Positions 27,219-37,318 of a stretch of 64,000 nucleotides of DNA are shown piece by piece; position 1 is the first letter of the stretch, and the number at the start of each line of letters is the position of its first letter. The DNA lies in the NCBI GenBank assembly GCA_009694865.1, contig SICD01000001.1, positions 403 through 64,402 of the forward strand, written 5' to 3'. The notes under the pieces are model-generated. The model worked only from the letters and a program-made list of their open reading frames with translations. It was not told the origin of the DNA and searched no databases. The position numbers and the translations under genes are program-made. The DNA comes from Candidatus Magasanikiibacteriota bacterium. Lineage in GTDB: Bacteria > Patescibacteriota > Patescibacteriia > Magasanikbacterales > GWA2-37-8.

Positions 27219-28865
27219 TTATATCAAAGGCGTCCCCGTCATCTCTTTGGGCTGTGTAAGCCCCATAAGTTTTAAAACCGTCGGCGCGACATCCGCTAAA
27301 AATCCCACCGGCGGAAGCAAACTCAGATCCCCTTCCGGCGCGTCGCCACCTGGGCCGGCCTGACCGCGAAAATCAGCGCCGATGACGAGCAGGGGAACGG
27401 GATTGGTAGAGTGCTCTTTATCCATTTCACCAGTTTGCAAATTAATCACTTCTTCGGCATTGCCATGATCCGCTGTCATAATAACCACACCGCCAACCGC
27501 CAGTGTATGGCCTACAATATCGCCCAAACATTTATCAATGGTCTCACACGCGGCAATGGTGGCTTTGCGATCGCCGGTGTGGCCAACCATATCGGCATTG
27601 GCATAATTAATAACCACCAAATCAAACTTGCCGCTATCGATGGCTTTAATAGTTTTTTTTGTTACTTCGGACGCTGACATAGCTGGTACTTCGGCGTAAC
27701 TGGCCACATGCGGCGACGACACCAAAGCGCGCTCCTCGCCCGGAAAAGCTTCTTCAATTGTGCCATTCAAAAAAAATGTTACATGCGCGTATTTTTCCGT
27801 TTCCGCCGCGTGAAATTGCTTAAGACCGGCCAAACTAACGGCTTCAGCCAAACAATTACGCGCCACAATGGGCGCATAGGCCACTACCACCGGCAAATCT
27901 TTTTCATACTCCATCATGGTGACAAAAAATAACTTTTTTATGTCGCTGCGTTTAAATTTATCAAACCCGGGGAGTACAAAGGCTTTAGTGAGTTCGCGCG
28001 CGCGGTCGGGACGAAAATTAGCAAAAATAATAGCATCCCCATCAGTCACAGTCGCCACTGGCTTACCTGCCTCGCTCGCCTCGCTGGAGCTATGGCGAAG
28101 CGGGCCGGAGCCTTTGGCGGAGGCTGAATCACCATCCATAATCACGGTCGGCACAAATTCTTCATCATAATTTTTTTTCGCGTAGCTGGCTTTAATCGCC
28201 TCGGCGGGGCTAGTCGCGCTGCGTTCCGCTTTGCCTTCCGCCATTGCTTTGTAAGCCGCTTCAACTCGTTCCCAGCGGTTATCCCTATCCATGGCATAAA
28301 ACCGCCCCGAGAGCGAGGCGATCGCTCCAACTTTCAACTTTTTCAGCTTCGCTTCCAATTCTTTTACAAAACTTTCCCCGGCGCTATAAATACAGTCACG
28401 CCCATCTAAGATAACGTGGACAAAAACCTCTTTGCCTAAACCTTGCTTTTTACACAAATCCAAAAGTGCATAAAGGTGTTCATTGCTAGCGTGCACATTA
28501 CCGGAACTTAACATGGCAATAATATGGAGTTTGCTTTTATTCTTTTCCACGTGGGCAATCGCATCTAGAAAAGCCTTGTTCTTAAAAAATTCACCGCTCG
28601 ATATTTCTTGGTTAATGCGAGGACAGGATTGATAATAAACTCTACCCGCGCCAATATTAAGGTGCCCCACTTCCGAATTACCAATTTCACCAAATAAAAG
28701 ACCCACTTCGTTCCCCGAAGCGTGCAAGGTCATCGCCGGATACTCTTTAATATACGATTTAAAATTGGGCAACTTAGCCTGGGCAATAGCATTGCCATCG
28801 CTATCTGGCGCTACACCCCAACCGTCGCAGATGACAAGGGTAACTGGTTTGTAAGATTTACTCAT
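27219..28865 (-). CDS. gpmI: 2,3-BPG-independent phosphoglycerate mutase (copy 1)
   Basis: GNSEVGHLNIGAGR, AETEKYAHVTFF, DMVGHTG, TADHGN. Confidence 0.95.
   Translation of the reverse strand: MSKSYKPVTLVICDGWGVAPDSDGNAIAQAKLPNFKSYIKEYPAMTLHASGNEVGLLFGEIGNSEVGHLNIGAGRVYYQSCPRINQEISSGEFFKNKAFLDAIAHVEKNKSKLHIIAMLSSGNVHASNEHLYALLDLCKKQGLGKEVFVHVILDGRDCIYSAGESFVKELEAKLKKLKVGAIASLSGRFYAMDRDNRWERVEAAYKAMAEGKAERSATSPAEAIKASYAKKNYDEEFVPTVIMDGDSASAKGSGPLRHSSSEASEAGKPVATVTDGDAIIFANFRPDRARELTKAFVLPGFDKFKRSDIKKLFFVTMMEYEKDLPVVVAYAPIVARNCLAEAVSLAGLKQFHAAETEKYAHVTFFLNGTIEEAFPGEERALVSSPHVASYAEVPAMSASEVTKKTIKAIDSGKFDLVVINYANADMVGHTGDRKATIAACETIDKCLGDIVGHTLAVGGVVIMTADHGNAEEVINLQTGEMDKEHSTNPVPLLVIGADFRGQAGPGGDAPEGDLSLLPPVGFLADVAPTVLKLMGLTQPKEMTGTPLI
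28066..28126. repeat. Family D palindrome inserted in frame in gpmI
   Basis: Encodes SASAKGSGPLRHSSSEASEA, absent from the neighbouring paralog. Confidence 0.8.
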
Positions 28866-28883
28866 AAAAAATCAAGATACGAT

Positions 28884-29066
28884 TGTCATTTCGAAGCCCC
28901 CTTCGCAGGGGGTGAGAAATCTCTGGCTCAATCACTTGTCATCCCGAGCGTAGTCGAGGGATCTCGCGTCGTTGGCGAGATTCCTCCACTTCGCTGCGCT
29001 CCGGTCGGAATGACAAACGACGGACAGAGATCCCTCGTCGGCCGCGAGGCCTCGCTCGGGATGACA
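28884..29066. repeat. Nested family A element (inner copy 28937-29015)
   Basis: Two complete TGTCAT...ATGACA units, one inside the other. Confidence 0.85.
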
Positions 29067-29070
29067 GCAC

Positions 29071-30642
29071 TTACAGCAAGCTTCGTCCTGTCATTTCCTT
29101 CGGTTTCTTAATTCCCATTATTTTTAAAATCGTGGGAGACACGTCCGCCAGTTTGCCTTTTTTAAGGTTTCGAGATTTTAGCTTAAATTGTTTATGTACG
29201 GACGCAGGCGCTATAAACACAAATGGCACGGGATTTACCGAATGCTCCGTATCAACTTCGTCGGTCTTGAGGTTTACCATTTCTTCGGCATTACCATGAT
29301 CGGCGGTTATAACACATTGCCCTCCAGCCTTGAGGACACTCTGTGCCACGCGGTTAAGCTGTTTGTCAAGAATCGCAATCGCCTTTTCGGCGGCCGCAAT
29401 ATTCCCCGTGTGCCCCACCATGTCGGCATTGGCAAAATTAACCGCGATAAAATCATATTCCCGCGCTTCAATTGCTTTCACGGCGTAGGTGGCGATTTTA
29501 TCCGCTTCCATCGCCGGGTCAGTTTCAAAATCTTTCACGCGATCCGAAGCAATTTTTACCCACCGCTCATCGCCAAAATGCTGTTGGTAGCCGCCATTAA
29601 AAAAATAAGTGACGTGCGCGAACTTTTCTGATTCAGCGAGATATAATTGCCGGCGCGGACACAAAGTCTGTACCAAAGTATTAGGAATGTCACGACTCGG
29701 AAACGCTGTGAGTACACGCGGAAAATCCGGACCAAAATCCGCCATCGCCACAAACCGAGTATTTTTCGGCACAATTTTTCGATCAAACGTTCCGCCATTT
29801 TCCTTCTCAAACTGCGGATGCACAAACGCCTTCGTAATCTGCCGCGCCCGGTCACTGCGCAAATTAAAAAAGAAAATCGCGTCGTTACTTTTTATCGTCG
29901 CCACTGGTTTATTATTTTCAACAATCACCATGGGCGTAATAAACTCATCACTTTCACCAGAATTATACGCTTGCGTTAGTGCCTCTTCCGCGCTATTTGC
30001 CTGCTTACCTTTGCCTTCAACCATCGCCCGGTACGCCTTTTGTGTCCGGTGCCAAATTTTATTACGATCCATCCCGTATAACCGCCCCATCACCGTCGCA
30101 ATTTTCTCCGTGCCGTGAAAATGATTTTGTAAATGTTTAAGATGATGCGGCGCGTCGTGTTGACCAGAATCCCGCCCATCGGTAAATAAATGCAAATACA
30201 CTTTTTTAATTCCCTCCTGATGAATTAAACCCAAAAGCGCGAACAGGTGCTCCGGACAGGAATGCGCGCTGTTGTGATTCGAGAGCAATCCCATCAAATG
30301 CACCGCCGTTTTGTATTTTTTTACATGGTGCAGTGCTTCGTGAAACGCATTATTCTTAAAAAACGTACCGTCATTAATCGCATCGGTAATATACAGCGTA
30401 TCTTGTTTTACAACTCGCCCCGCCCCAATATTCAAATGCCCGGCTTCACTATTCCCCTCCTGCCCGCGCGGCAATCCGACGGCGACACCGCTCGCCTCAA
30501 GAAGAGTGTGGGGATATTTTTTCCACCAACCAAAAAAATTCGGCGCCGTTTTGGGCGTAATAGCGTTGCCCTTTTGTTTTGGGTCAGCCATGCCAAAGCC
30601 GTCGAGGATAATGAGGATGGTGATTGGTGATTTTGTAGGCAT
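29071..30642 (-). CDS. gpmI: 2,3-BPG-independent phosphoglycerate mutase (copy 2)
   Basis: GNSEAGHLNIGAGR, AESEKFAHVTYF, DMVGHTG. Confidence 0.95.
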   Translation of the reverse strand: MPTKSPITILIILDGFGMADPKQKGNAITPKTAPNFFGWWKKYPHTLLEASGVAVGLPRGQEGNSEAGHLNIGAGRVVKQDTLYITDAINDGTFFKNNAFHEALHHVKKYKTAVHLMGLLSNHNSAHSCPEHLFALLGLIHQEGIKKVYLHLFTDGRDSGQHDAPHHLKHLQNHFHGTEKIATVMGRLYGMDRNKIWHRTQKAYRAMVEGKGKQANSAEEALTQAYNSGESDEFITPMVIVENNKPVATIKSNDAIFFFNLRSDRARQITKAFVHPQFEKENGGTFDRKIVPKNTRFVAMADFGPDFPRVLTAFPSRDIPNTLVQTLCPRRQLYLAESEKFAHVTYFFNGGYQQHFGDERWVKIASDRVKDFETDPAMEADKIATYAVKAIEAREYDFIAVNFANADMVGHTGNIAAAEKAIAILDKQLNRVAQSVLKAGGQCVITADHGNAEEMVNLKTDEVDTEHSVNPVPFVFIAPASVHKQFKLKSRNLKKGKLADVSPTILKIMGIKKPKEMTGRSLL

Positions 30643-30731
30643 AATATTTCGTAACAAAGATCATCGGCATCCCCTCCTTACCAAAAAGGGCGAGGGGTGA
30701 TTTGCCGTTGCGCGCGCTGCCGAGTGAGCAC

Positions 30732-31082
30732 CTAAACATTTTGCTTAACAAGAAGCAGCGTTGCTTCATCTAGCTTGCCTTTTGCTTTAATGTTAGCCGC
30801 CGTTTCTGGCGTCACTATGGCTTTAAGCGCCGCTAATAAATCAGGTTTTTTCTTTAAAAATTCTATTTTAGCAATAATTTCATTTCGCTTGTTGCTACCC
30901 ACCCCTAAATCTCTTAGAACCTTTTGCAGCTCCCATATTGTGTCATCCAATGTTTCCTCACTTACCTTATCAGCCGCAGATTTTTCGTCAGCCCATACCC
31001 ACTTATCACCATCTAACACATACTGACCATCACTCCCTCGTTTTACATCGGCCATATATTTTATTGATAATTTCTTAGGCAC
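30732..31082 (-). CDS. Hypothetical protein
   Basis: 116-aa ORF in operon orientation. Confidence 0.55.
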   Translation of the reverse strand: MPKKLSIKYMADVKRGSDGQYVLDGDKWVWADEKSAADKVSEETLDDTIWELQKVLRDLGVGSNKRNEIIAKIEFLKKKPDLLAALKAIVTPETAANIKAKGKLDEATLLLVKQNV

Positions 31083-31145
31083 AAAATTTTGGCACCCTTG
31101 AATAAATAAAAATAGTTTAATAATTGAACAATCGAACCGTTGAAC

Positions 31146-31255
31146 CGGACAGAGATTCCCCTAAGAGGGATCGCGAGACCTCCTTCTTCGTCGGAATGAC
31201 AGTTGGGCGGCGGCGCATGGGCCTTACACCCCCACCGTCCCCCTCGAGGGGGAAT
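31146..31255. repeat. Half family A element plus family C palindrome (ccccctcgaggggg)
   Basis: Shared motifs with other copies. Confidence 0.7.
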
Positions 31256-31295
31256 TCACGAATTTCGTACTTTCGTAGTTTTCATATTTTGTACA

Positions 31296-32543
31296 TTACA
31301 ATCCTAATTCCGCTTCAATCTCCATCAACCGATTATACTTTTCCACCCGCTCCGAACGCGACATAGAACCAGTTTTAATAAATTCCGCGTTCACCGCCAC
31401 TGCCAAATCCGCAATAAACGTATCGGCGGTCTCCCCGCTCCGGTGCGACACGGCAATTTGATAACCGCTGGTCTGCGCCAAACGAACCGCTTCAATCGTA
31501 TCCGTTAGTGTCCCAATTTGGTTCAGCTTGATGAGAATGGCATTCCCCACATGGCTCTCAATTCCCTTATTCAACCGTTCCACATTCGTCACAAACAAAT
31601 CATCGCCCACCAGCAAAACTTTTTTACCAAGTTCTTGTGTGAGTATTTGCCAATTTTTCCAATCATCTTCCGCTAGCCCATCTTCAATGGAAATCAAAGG
31701 ATATTTTTTAACCCAAGCCGCCATTTGAACAATCATTTTTTCCGCCCGCCAGGCTTGTTTTTTACCTACAAAATAATAATTACCGTGACGATAAAATTCT
31801 GAAGCGGCCACGTCGAGCCCTAAAAAGACATGCTTGCCTGGTGTCCAACCAGCCAATTTTATCGCTTCCATAATCAGTTGCAATCCACGCTCGTTATTCA
31901 AAAGTTCCGGCGCAAACCCGCCCTCGTCACCAACGGACGTAAGGTAGCCTTTTTGACTTAATAAATTCGCCAAAGAATGAAAAATTTGCGAACCCATGCG
32001 CACGCGCTCGCGAAACAATTTATGCCGCGGCATAATTAAAAACTCCTGAATCGTTAGGCCGTTATCCGCGTGCCGCCCGCCGTTTAAAATATTGATCATC
32101 GGCACGGGCAAACGCCATTCTTTATATGGCAATTCAAACGCTTTGCGAATGTAGCGATACAATGATAACTTCGCTTCGGCCGCAAAAGCGCGAGTGGCCG
32201 CGAGCGACACCGCGAGCGTGGCATTGGCCCCCAAACGCGATTTATTTTCCGTCCCATCTAATCTATCTAAAAGTTTATCCAATTCCAAAATACTCGCAAC
32301 CGTCCGATCACTAAAAAATTTAGCAATCGTCGTATTAACATTATTCACGGCTTTCAAAACGCCTTTGCCGCCATAGCGCTTGCCCCCATCACGTAATTCT
32401 AAATCCTCGTGCTCACCCGTGGACGCGCCCGAGGGTACTTTAGCGATACCAACAAAACCAGTGTCGAGCGTAAGCTTGGCCTCCACAGTTGGGTTGCCGC
32501 GCGAATCGAGAATTTCACGAGCGGTAATTTGTTTAATTTTCAT
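31296..32543 (-). CDS. eno: Enolase
   Basis: REILDSRGNPTVE, VGDEGGFAP, SHRSGET. Confidence 0.98.
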   Translation of the reverse strand: MKIKQITAREILDSRGNPTVEAKLTLDTGFVGIAKVPSGASTGEHEDLELRDGGKRYGGKGVLKAVNNVNTTIAKFFSDRTVASILELDKLLDRLDGTENKSRLGANATLAVSLAATRAFAAEAKLSLYRYIRKAFELPYKEWRLPVPMINILNGGRHADNGLTIQEFLIMPRHKLFRERVRMGSQIFHSLANLLSQKGYLTSVGDEGGFAPELLNNERGLQLIMEAIKLAGWTPGKHVFLGLDVAASEFYRHGNYYFVGKKQAWRAEKMIVQMAAWVKKYPLISIEDGLAEDDWKNWQILTQELGKKVLLVGDDLFVTNVERLNKGIESHVGNAILIKLNQIGTLTDTIEAVRLAQTSGYQIAVSHRSGETADTFIADLAVAVNAEFIKTGSMSRSERVEKYNRLMEIEAELGL

Positions 32544-32545
32544 AT

Positions 32546-32625
32546 GATTTAACGAAATCATGCTGCGCAACCGATTTGACGAAATCGTGTCGCGTAACGT
32601 CATCTGAGACGCGACGAAGCGCGGC
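32546..32625 (-). other. Structured leader motif (nested double copy), homologous to 60095-60184
   Basis: Covarying stems, see findings. Confidence 0.6.
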
Positions 32626-32716
32626 CTAATACTTTTAAATAACCTACTTTATATTACCATAACTTGATAGAATAAAAAAGAGGCTCCGCGTTTGCGAAGC
32701 CTCCCTTAAAACAGGT

Positions 32717-33610
32717 TTAATAGGCGTAATATTTCGGCGCAATCTTATAGGTAATATTCACGTTCATAACCACATCTTTACTGCCCGTAGCTACTGCTTC
32801 CGGAGCATTCATCATTGGCCCTCCTCCCATCGCGTCCATTTTAAGCATCGGATACGGCCCGGGGTATTCTGGCCCGCCTTCATATTCGTTATAAGCCACC
32901 ACCTCAACGAGTCTAACACCGAGCTGTCGTGCCAAAGTTTTAGCTTTCATGCCGGCATCCGTTAAGGCTTTATCGCGCGCGGCCACTTTAAGATTGTCCG
33001 GATCATCAATGGTAAAACTAAGCCCGCTCACTTCGGTAGCGCCATACTTGCCCGGAAGCGACAACACAGCTGGAATCTTGGTAAGGTCGCGAATTTTTAT
33101 GGTTACGTTATTGCTGACGCGATAGCCTTTTAACTGCTGCCCCTTATCTTGTGTATAATTATATTCGGGATAAATAGTATAATTCGTTTGCATGTCTTTT
33201 TCAGACACTCCCATTTTCTTCAATTCGGTCATTAGCGCGTCCATAACCTTTTTATTCGCGGCTTGAGCCTTGGCAACGTCGGCATCTACATTGGAGTAGC
33301 CTATCGTCGTAACAGCAATATCATTAGCACCATTCACTTTGCCATAACCGTTCACCGTAATCATGCGTTCAGTTTGGTCGGCAGTGCCAATATAATCAAA
33401 TTTCTTAATACTATTACGAGTTAAAACACCCACGTAAAAAACCAGATACACCAAAAGAACGCCCATCAGCGTCATCATTATTTTTTTACCAAAATGATCG
33501 TGGCGCATTCCACCCCACCCGGTGCCACAGTGTCCGGCGCCATTCACTTCACTCGGACCGGAGGAACTGTTTCCATTTTTTATTGGTTTACCATTTATTC
33601 CTACTGGCAT
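32717..33610 (-). CDS. SIMPL/DUF541 domain protein
   Basis: ITVNGYGKV...D.A, AR.KAL.DA..KA..LA..LGV.L. Confidence 0.9.
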   Translation of the reverse strand: MPVGINGKPIKNGNSSSGPSEVNGAGHCGTGWGGMRHDHFGKKIMMTLMGVLLVYLVFYVGVLTRNSIKKFDYIGTADQTERMITVNGYGKVNGANDIAVTTIGYSNVDADVAKAQAANKKVMDALMTELKKMGVSEKDMQTNYTIYPEYNYTQDKGQQLKGYRVSNNVTIKIRDLTKIPAVLSLPGKYGATEVSGLSFTIDDPDNLKVAARDKALTDAGMKAKTLARQLGVRLVEVVAYNEYEGGPEYPGPYPMLKMDAMGGGPMMNAPEAVATGSKDVVMNVNITYKIAPKYYAY

Positions 33611-33668
33611 ATTATTCTCCTTTATGAATTACCCCTGCGAGAGAAGTAATTCGCTTAAATAAATATTT

Positions 33669-34844
33669 TTATTTTTTTAAAGCTTCAATCCCTGGCAATT
33701 TCTTACCACCTAAAAATTCTAACATCGCACCGCCACCAGTAGAAACGAGATTTATCTTATTAATTATACCACACTTCTTAAGTATCTCCACACTTTCACC
33801 GCCACCTACGATGCTAAAAGCCTTGGTTTTTCCCAAAAGCTTCATTAAAGCAAAAGTGCCTTTCTCATAAGGACGCACTTCAAACTTACCCATGGCACCA
33901 TTCCACAAAATCGTCCCCGCCTTTTTAAGGTAGGTACTAAACAATTCTACGGTTTGTGGGCCAATATCATACATTCCATGGTCATTGGGAACGGCCATGG
34001 GTGAGAGCGCAGAGAAAACCCTAACGTCACCTCCTTGTGGTGCCCCCACCACGCAATCAACTGGCAAAACTACTTTTTTATTTTTACAATATTTTAAAAT
34101 ATCCGCCTTAAAATCTTTGCCAACGAGCGACTGCCCCACGGTACTTCCTTTGGCCCACCAATAGGTGTTGGCAATTTCGCCGCCCACTAAAATGTAATCG
34201 GCCTTCTGTAGTAGATGGCGTACAATCGGAATTTTTGTTTCCACTTTAGCGCCGCCGAGCAAAACCACCAAAGGCCGTTTTGGTTTTTCCATCGCGCGAG
34301 ACAAAACGCTTACTTCTTCAAAAAGTAACAAACCAGCAAAATGCGGGAGATACTTGGCCACGCCCGTAATCGAGGCCGCGTCGCGGTGCGCGACCGCGAA
34401 ACAATCTGAAACAAAAATATCAGCCAGCGCCGCCAGTGCTTTGGCAACATTCGGGTCATTATCTTCTTCTCCCTTAACAAACCGAATATTTTCGAGCATC
34501 GCCAGTTCGCCGTTTTTTAATTTTTCAATCGCTCGACCGACAATCTTCCAATCTTGTAATCTTCCAATCTTCACAAATGCCACCAACTGCTTCAACAATT
34601 TCTCAAGATGCTCCACAACCGGTTGTAGGCTCAGCTTAGTGTCAACCCCCTTCGGCCTCCCCAAATGACTCACCAAAATAACTTTCGCTCCTTTTTTGAT
34701 AAGATACTGAATTGTTGGTAAAGTTTTTTTAATTTTAAAATCATCTTTCACTTTCCCATTTTCAAGCGGTACATTAAAATCAACCCGCACTAATACTCGT
34801 CTGCCTTTTACATCCTTTATTTCTTTAATTGATCGTATATACAT
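33669..34844 (-). CDS. pgk: Phosphoglycerate kinase
   Basis: RVDFNVP, SHLGRP, STGGGAMLEFLGGKKLPG. Confidence 0.97.
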   Translation of the reverse strand: MYIRSIKEIKDVKGRRVLVRVDFNVPLENGKVKDDFKIKKTLPTIQYLIKKGAKVILVSHLGRPKGVDTKLSLQPVVEHLEKLLKQLVAFVKIGRLQDWKIVGRAIEKLKNGELAMLENIRFVKGEEDNDPNVAKALAALADIFVSDCFAVAHRDAASITGVAKYLPHFAGLLLFEEVSVLSRAMEKPKRPLVVLLGGAKVETKIPIVRHLLQKADYILVGGEIANTYWWAKGSTVGQSLVGKDFKADILKYCKNKKVVLPVDCVVGAPQGGDVRVFSALSPMAVPNDHGMYDIGPQTVELFSTYLKKAGTILWNGAMGKFEVRPYEKGTFALMKLLGKTKAFSIVGGGESVEILKKCGIINKINLVSTGGGAMLEFLGGKKLPGIEALKK

Positions 34845-34896
34845 AAAATCTCGGCTCAATTATTAACAATGTAACAATTGAACAATGTAACAATTA

Positions 34897-35955
34897 TCAC
34901 TCCACATCATTCGCCAAATTAAGATAGCCGTGGTCGCTGGGCCAGCGATAATGTGTGAGGACCCATTCGGCCAAATCCCTGGCTTCGCTAAAACGCGCGG
35001 TGTTCGAATCCGTTCCCAGCACCACTACGCGCACAGCGCGATGATTATCATCGGCGAGGCGTACCGCGAAATTATAACCAGACTCGGCAATGTAGCCGGT
35101 TTTACCAACAATATTTTCCTTATCAAAATTATTAGGCACCCAATTGTTTAACAGCCAATCCGTACTCCATACCCGGCGCGCTTGCTTGCTTCCAATGGGA
35201 TGAGCATAGTACTCGCCGATTTGGAGAGCGCTATAAATTTTATCGTTTTGCAGAGCGCGCTGGAGGAGCCGTACAACATCGCTGGCGCTCCCCACGTTTT
35301 GGGGGGAGAGGCCGGTTGGTTCGACAAAATGGAGGGTACGCAAACGCCACTCTTCGACTTGACTGTTCATTTTAGTTACAAACGCTTCTTCACTTAACCC
35401 ACTTGCTCTCACCAAGGCATTAATCGCGCTGTTGGACGACCCAACCAACGCCACGTGCCATAAATCTTCCAAAGTAAAACGCTCGCCCGCACTCACACTG
35501 TGACTGCCAGGGTCAATATCATCTTGTTCTACCACGGTAGTACTCGCCCAGTTAATTGGCAACCCCTGCAAAACCAAAGCGGTCATAAGTTTTGTAATGC
35601 TGGCCAGCGGCCGGGGAACAGCGCTATTTAATTCAAACAACGGAGCATTCGTTTTATCATCCACCACAATCGCGGCCGCCGCGCTCAAACCTCCTTCGAA
35701 AGGAGTGTTCGTAGTCGCCAACGGAATCTCTGGGTGCAGCGGCAACGATGGTGGCAACACATTGTCGCCTCCCGAACTTTCCGAAAGCCGAATAGTAGGC
35801 ACCGTGCCGCTAGCCACCATTTTTATTCCCGCTACCGCCGCTAGCGGCCGAGCTGGGGTGGCATGACTAAATGTAACCGAACCAACCAATAATAAAAACA
35901 CCCCTAAAATCATGAGGCCAAAAGAAGAGAGGAAATCGGAAAATTTATTAGACAT
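34897..35955 (-). CDS. D-alanyl-D-alanine carboxypeptidase (peptidase S11)
   Basis: SxxK (ASITK), SxN (SSN), KTG. Confidence 0.9.
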   Translation of the reverse strand: MSNKFSDFLSSFGLMILGVFLLLVGSVTFSHATPARPLAAVAGIKMVASGTVPTIRLSESSGGDNVLPPSLPLHPEIPLATTNTPFEGGLSAAAAIVVDDKTNAPLFELNSAVPRPLASITKLMTALVLQGLPINWASTTVVEQDDIDPGSHSVSAGERFTLEDLWHVALVGSSNSAINALVRASGLSEEAFVTKMNSQVEEWRLRTLHFVEPTGLSPQNVGSASDVVRLLQRALQNDKIYSALQIGEYYAHPIGSKQARRVWSTDWLLNNWVPNNFDKENIVGKTGYIAESGYNFAVRLADDNHRAVRVVVLGTDSNTARFSEARDLAEWVLTHYRWPSDHGYLNLANDVE

Positions 35956-35965
35956 ATATTTTTAC

Positions 35966-36067
35966 TGTCATCCTGAGGGAGTGGAGCGACCGAAGGATCT
36001 AGTTCGCTGGCCAACTAGATTCTTCGCGGAGTTTATCCTGAGCGGAGCGAACGGGCTCAGAATGACA
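35966..36067. repeat. Family A palindromic element
   Basis: tgtcatcctgag...ctcagaatgaca. Confidence 0.85.
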
Positions 36068-36078
36068 GACCCTCTATG

Positions 36079-36621
36079 TTAGCTGGTTCCGGCCAAAACG
36101 TTAGTAATAAATTCATGTTTATGTAATTCTTGATAATCCGGCAATTCCTCAAGTGAAATCAATCCCATATGTCGCAAATATTCCATGGTTACTTCGTAAG
36201 TAGGCAAAAGATTGGCCACATCTTCGTTCTCTTTCACCAATCCGCGCATGAGTAAATTTCGTAGAATCAAACTGCAATTAACTCCGCGAATTTGTTCCAA
36301 TTCCGGTTTCGTAATTGGCCCGCAATATGAGATAACGGTAATCGTCTCGAGTTGTGGGCGAGTGAGCTCGCCGGAAATTTCCGCTTTCACAAATTGTTCG
36401 GCAATTTCGCGATTGGCCGGATTACTCACCAGTTGCCAATCTTCATTGGTGTGGAGCAGTGTTACGCCAGAATCGGCTCCGGAAAATTTGAGCATTAATT
36501 GACCAAGAGCATCCGACACATCTGTTTCTTGTGTGCCAAGAACTTTCGCCATTTTTTTGGCCGTCAAAGGTTTGCCCGCCACAAATAAAATGGATTCAAT
36601 TTTTGATGATACATTATTCAT
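36079..36621 (-). CDS. scpB: SMC-Scp subunit ScpB
   Basis: IESILF, LETITVISY..PITK.ELEQIRGV. Confidence 0.93.
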   Translation of the reverse strand: MNNVSSKIESILFVAGKPLTAKKMAKVLGTQETDVSDALGQLMLKFSGADSGVTLLHTNEDWQLVSNPANREIAEQFVKAEISGELTRPQLETITVISYCGPITKPELEQIRGVNCSLILRNLLMRGLVKENEDVANLLPTYEVTMEYLRHMGLISLEELPDYQELHKHEFITNVLAGTS

Positions 36622-37313
36622 ACTCGTCGTATTTCCATGTCTCCAAACGCGTCCGATTGTTTAATCGTTATTTTTTCTTGTTTCACCAACTCAAGAAGTG
36701 CTAAAAAACTCACAATCACTTCCGTTTTATTTTCCGACTGGCCGAGCAATTTTTTAAAGCTTAAGTGCGTCCACTGCTTTAAAAAATTAAAAATTGATTC
36801 CACTTTTTGTTTTACCGAAAACGTATGATCAATCCGCACTTCTGGCAAGGGGGCGATTGGTTTTAAGCGTTTTAACAAAAAGACAAACGAAGCGTGCAAA
36901 TCGTGCGGGTGGGCGTTAACGGGAACCACCATTTCAGGAGATCGCGCGGGCGGCGGTTCAACTCGGCCATACGACACGTTTCCCTCGTTCCACAAATTTT
37001 CCACCAATTTACTCGCGTCGGCGTAGCGTTTATAAAGTTTAAGCTGGTCCGCGAGGCTCGGCCCCTCATCCTCCTCCGGGTACAGGTACGGCAACAACTG
37101 TTTTGATTTTAAATAGACGAGTTTCGTAGCAATGACCAAAAAATCCGCCAATAATTCCGACCGTTCGCCTCCCAGTGTATCAAGGTGCTTAAAATATTGC
37201 TCTGTCACCTGGCCGAGCGCGACCTCCGTAATATTTAATTTTTCTTCTTCAATGAGTTCAAGCAACAGTTCTAGCGGTCCCTGAAATTTTTCGAGCTTAA
37301 GCTCCGCTGTCAT
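36618..37313 (-). CDS. scpA: SMC-Scp subunit ScpA
   Basis: FQGPLELLL.LI, FLALLELVK. Confidence 0.93.
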   Translation of the reverse strand: MTAELKLEKFQGPLELLLELIEEEKLNITEVALGQVTEQYFKHLDTLGGERSELLADFLVIATKLVYLKSKQLLPYLYPEEDEGPSLADQLKLYKRYADASKLVENLWNEGNVSYGRVEPPPARSPEMVVPVNAHPHDLHASFVFLLKRLKPIAPLPEVRIDHTFSVKQKVESIFNFLKQWTHLSFKKLLGQSENKTEVIVSFLALLELVKQEKITIKQSDAFGDMEIRRV

Positions 37314-37318
37314 AGTAT

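Noticed and set aside
30660-30731. Possible c-di-GMP-I riboswitch before gpmI
   Set aside because: Only a GGCAAA-like fragment; better explained as a CCCCTC...GAGGGG palindrome.
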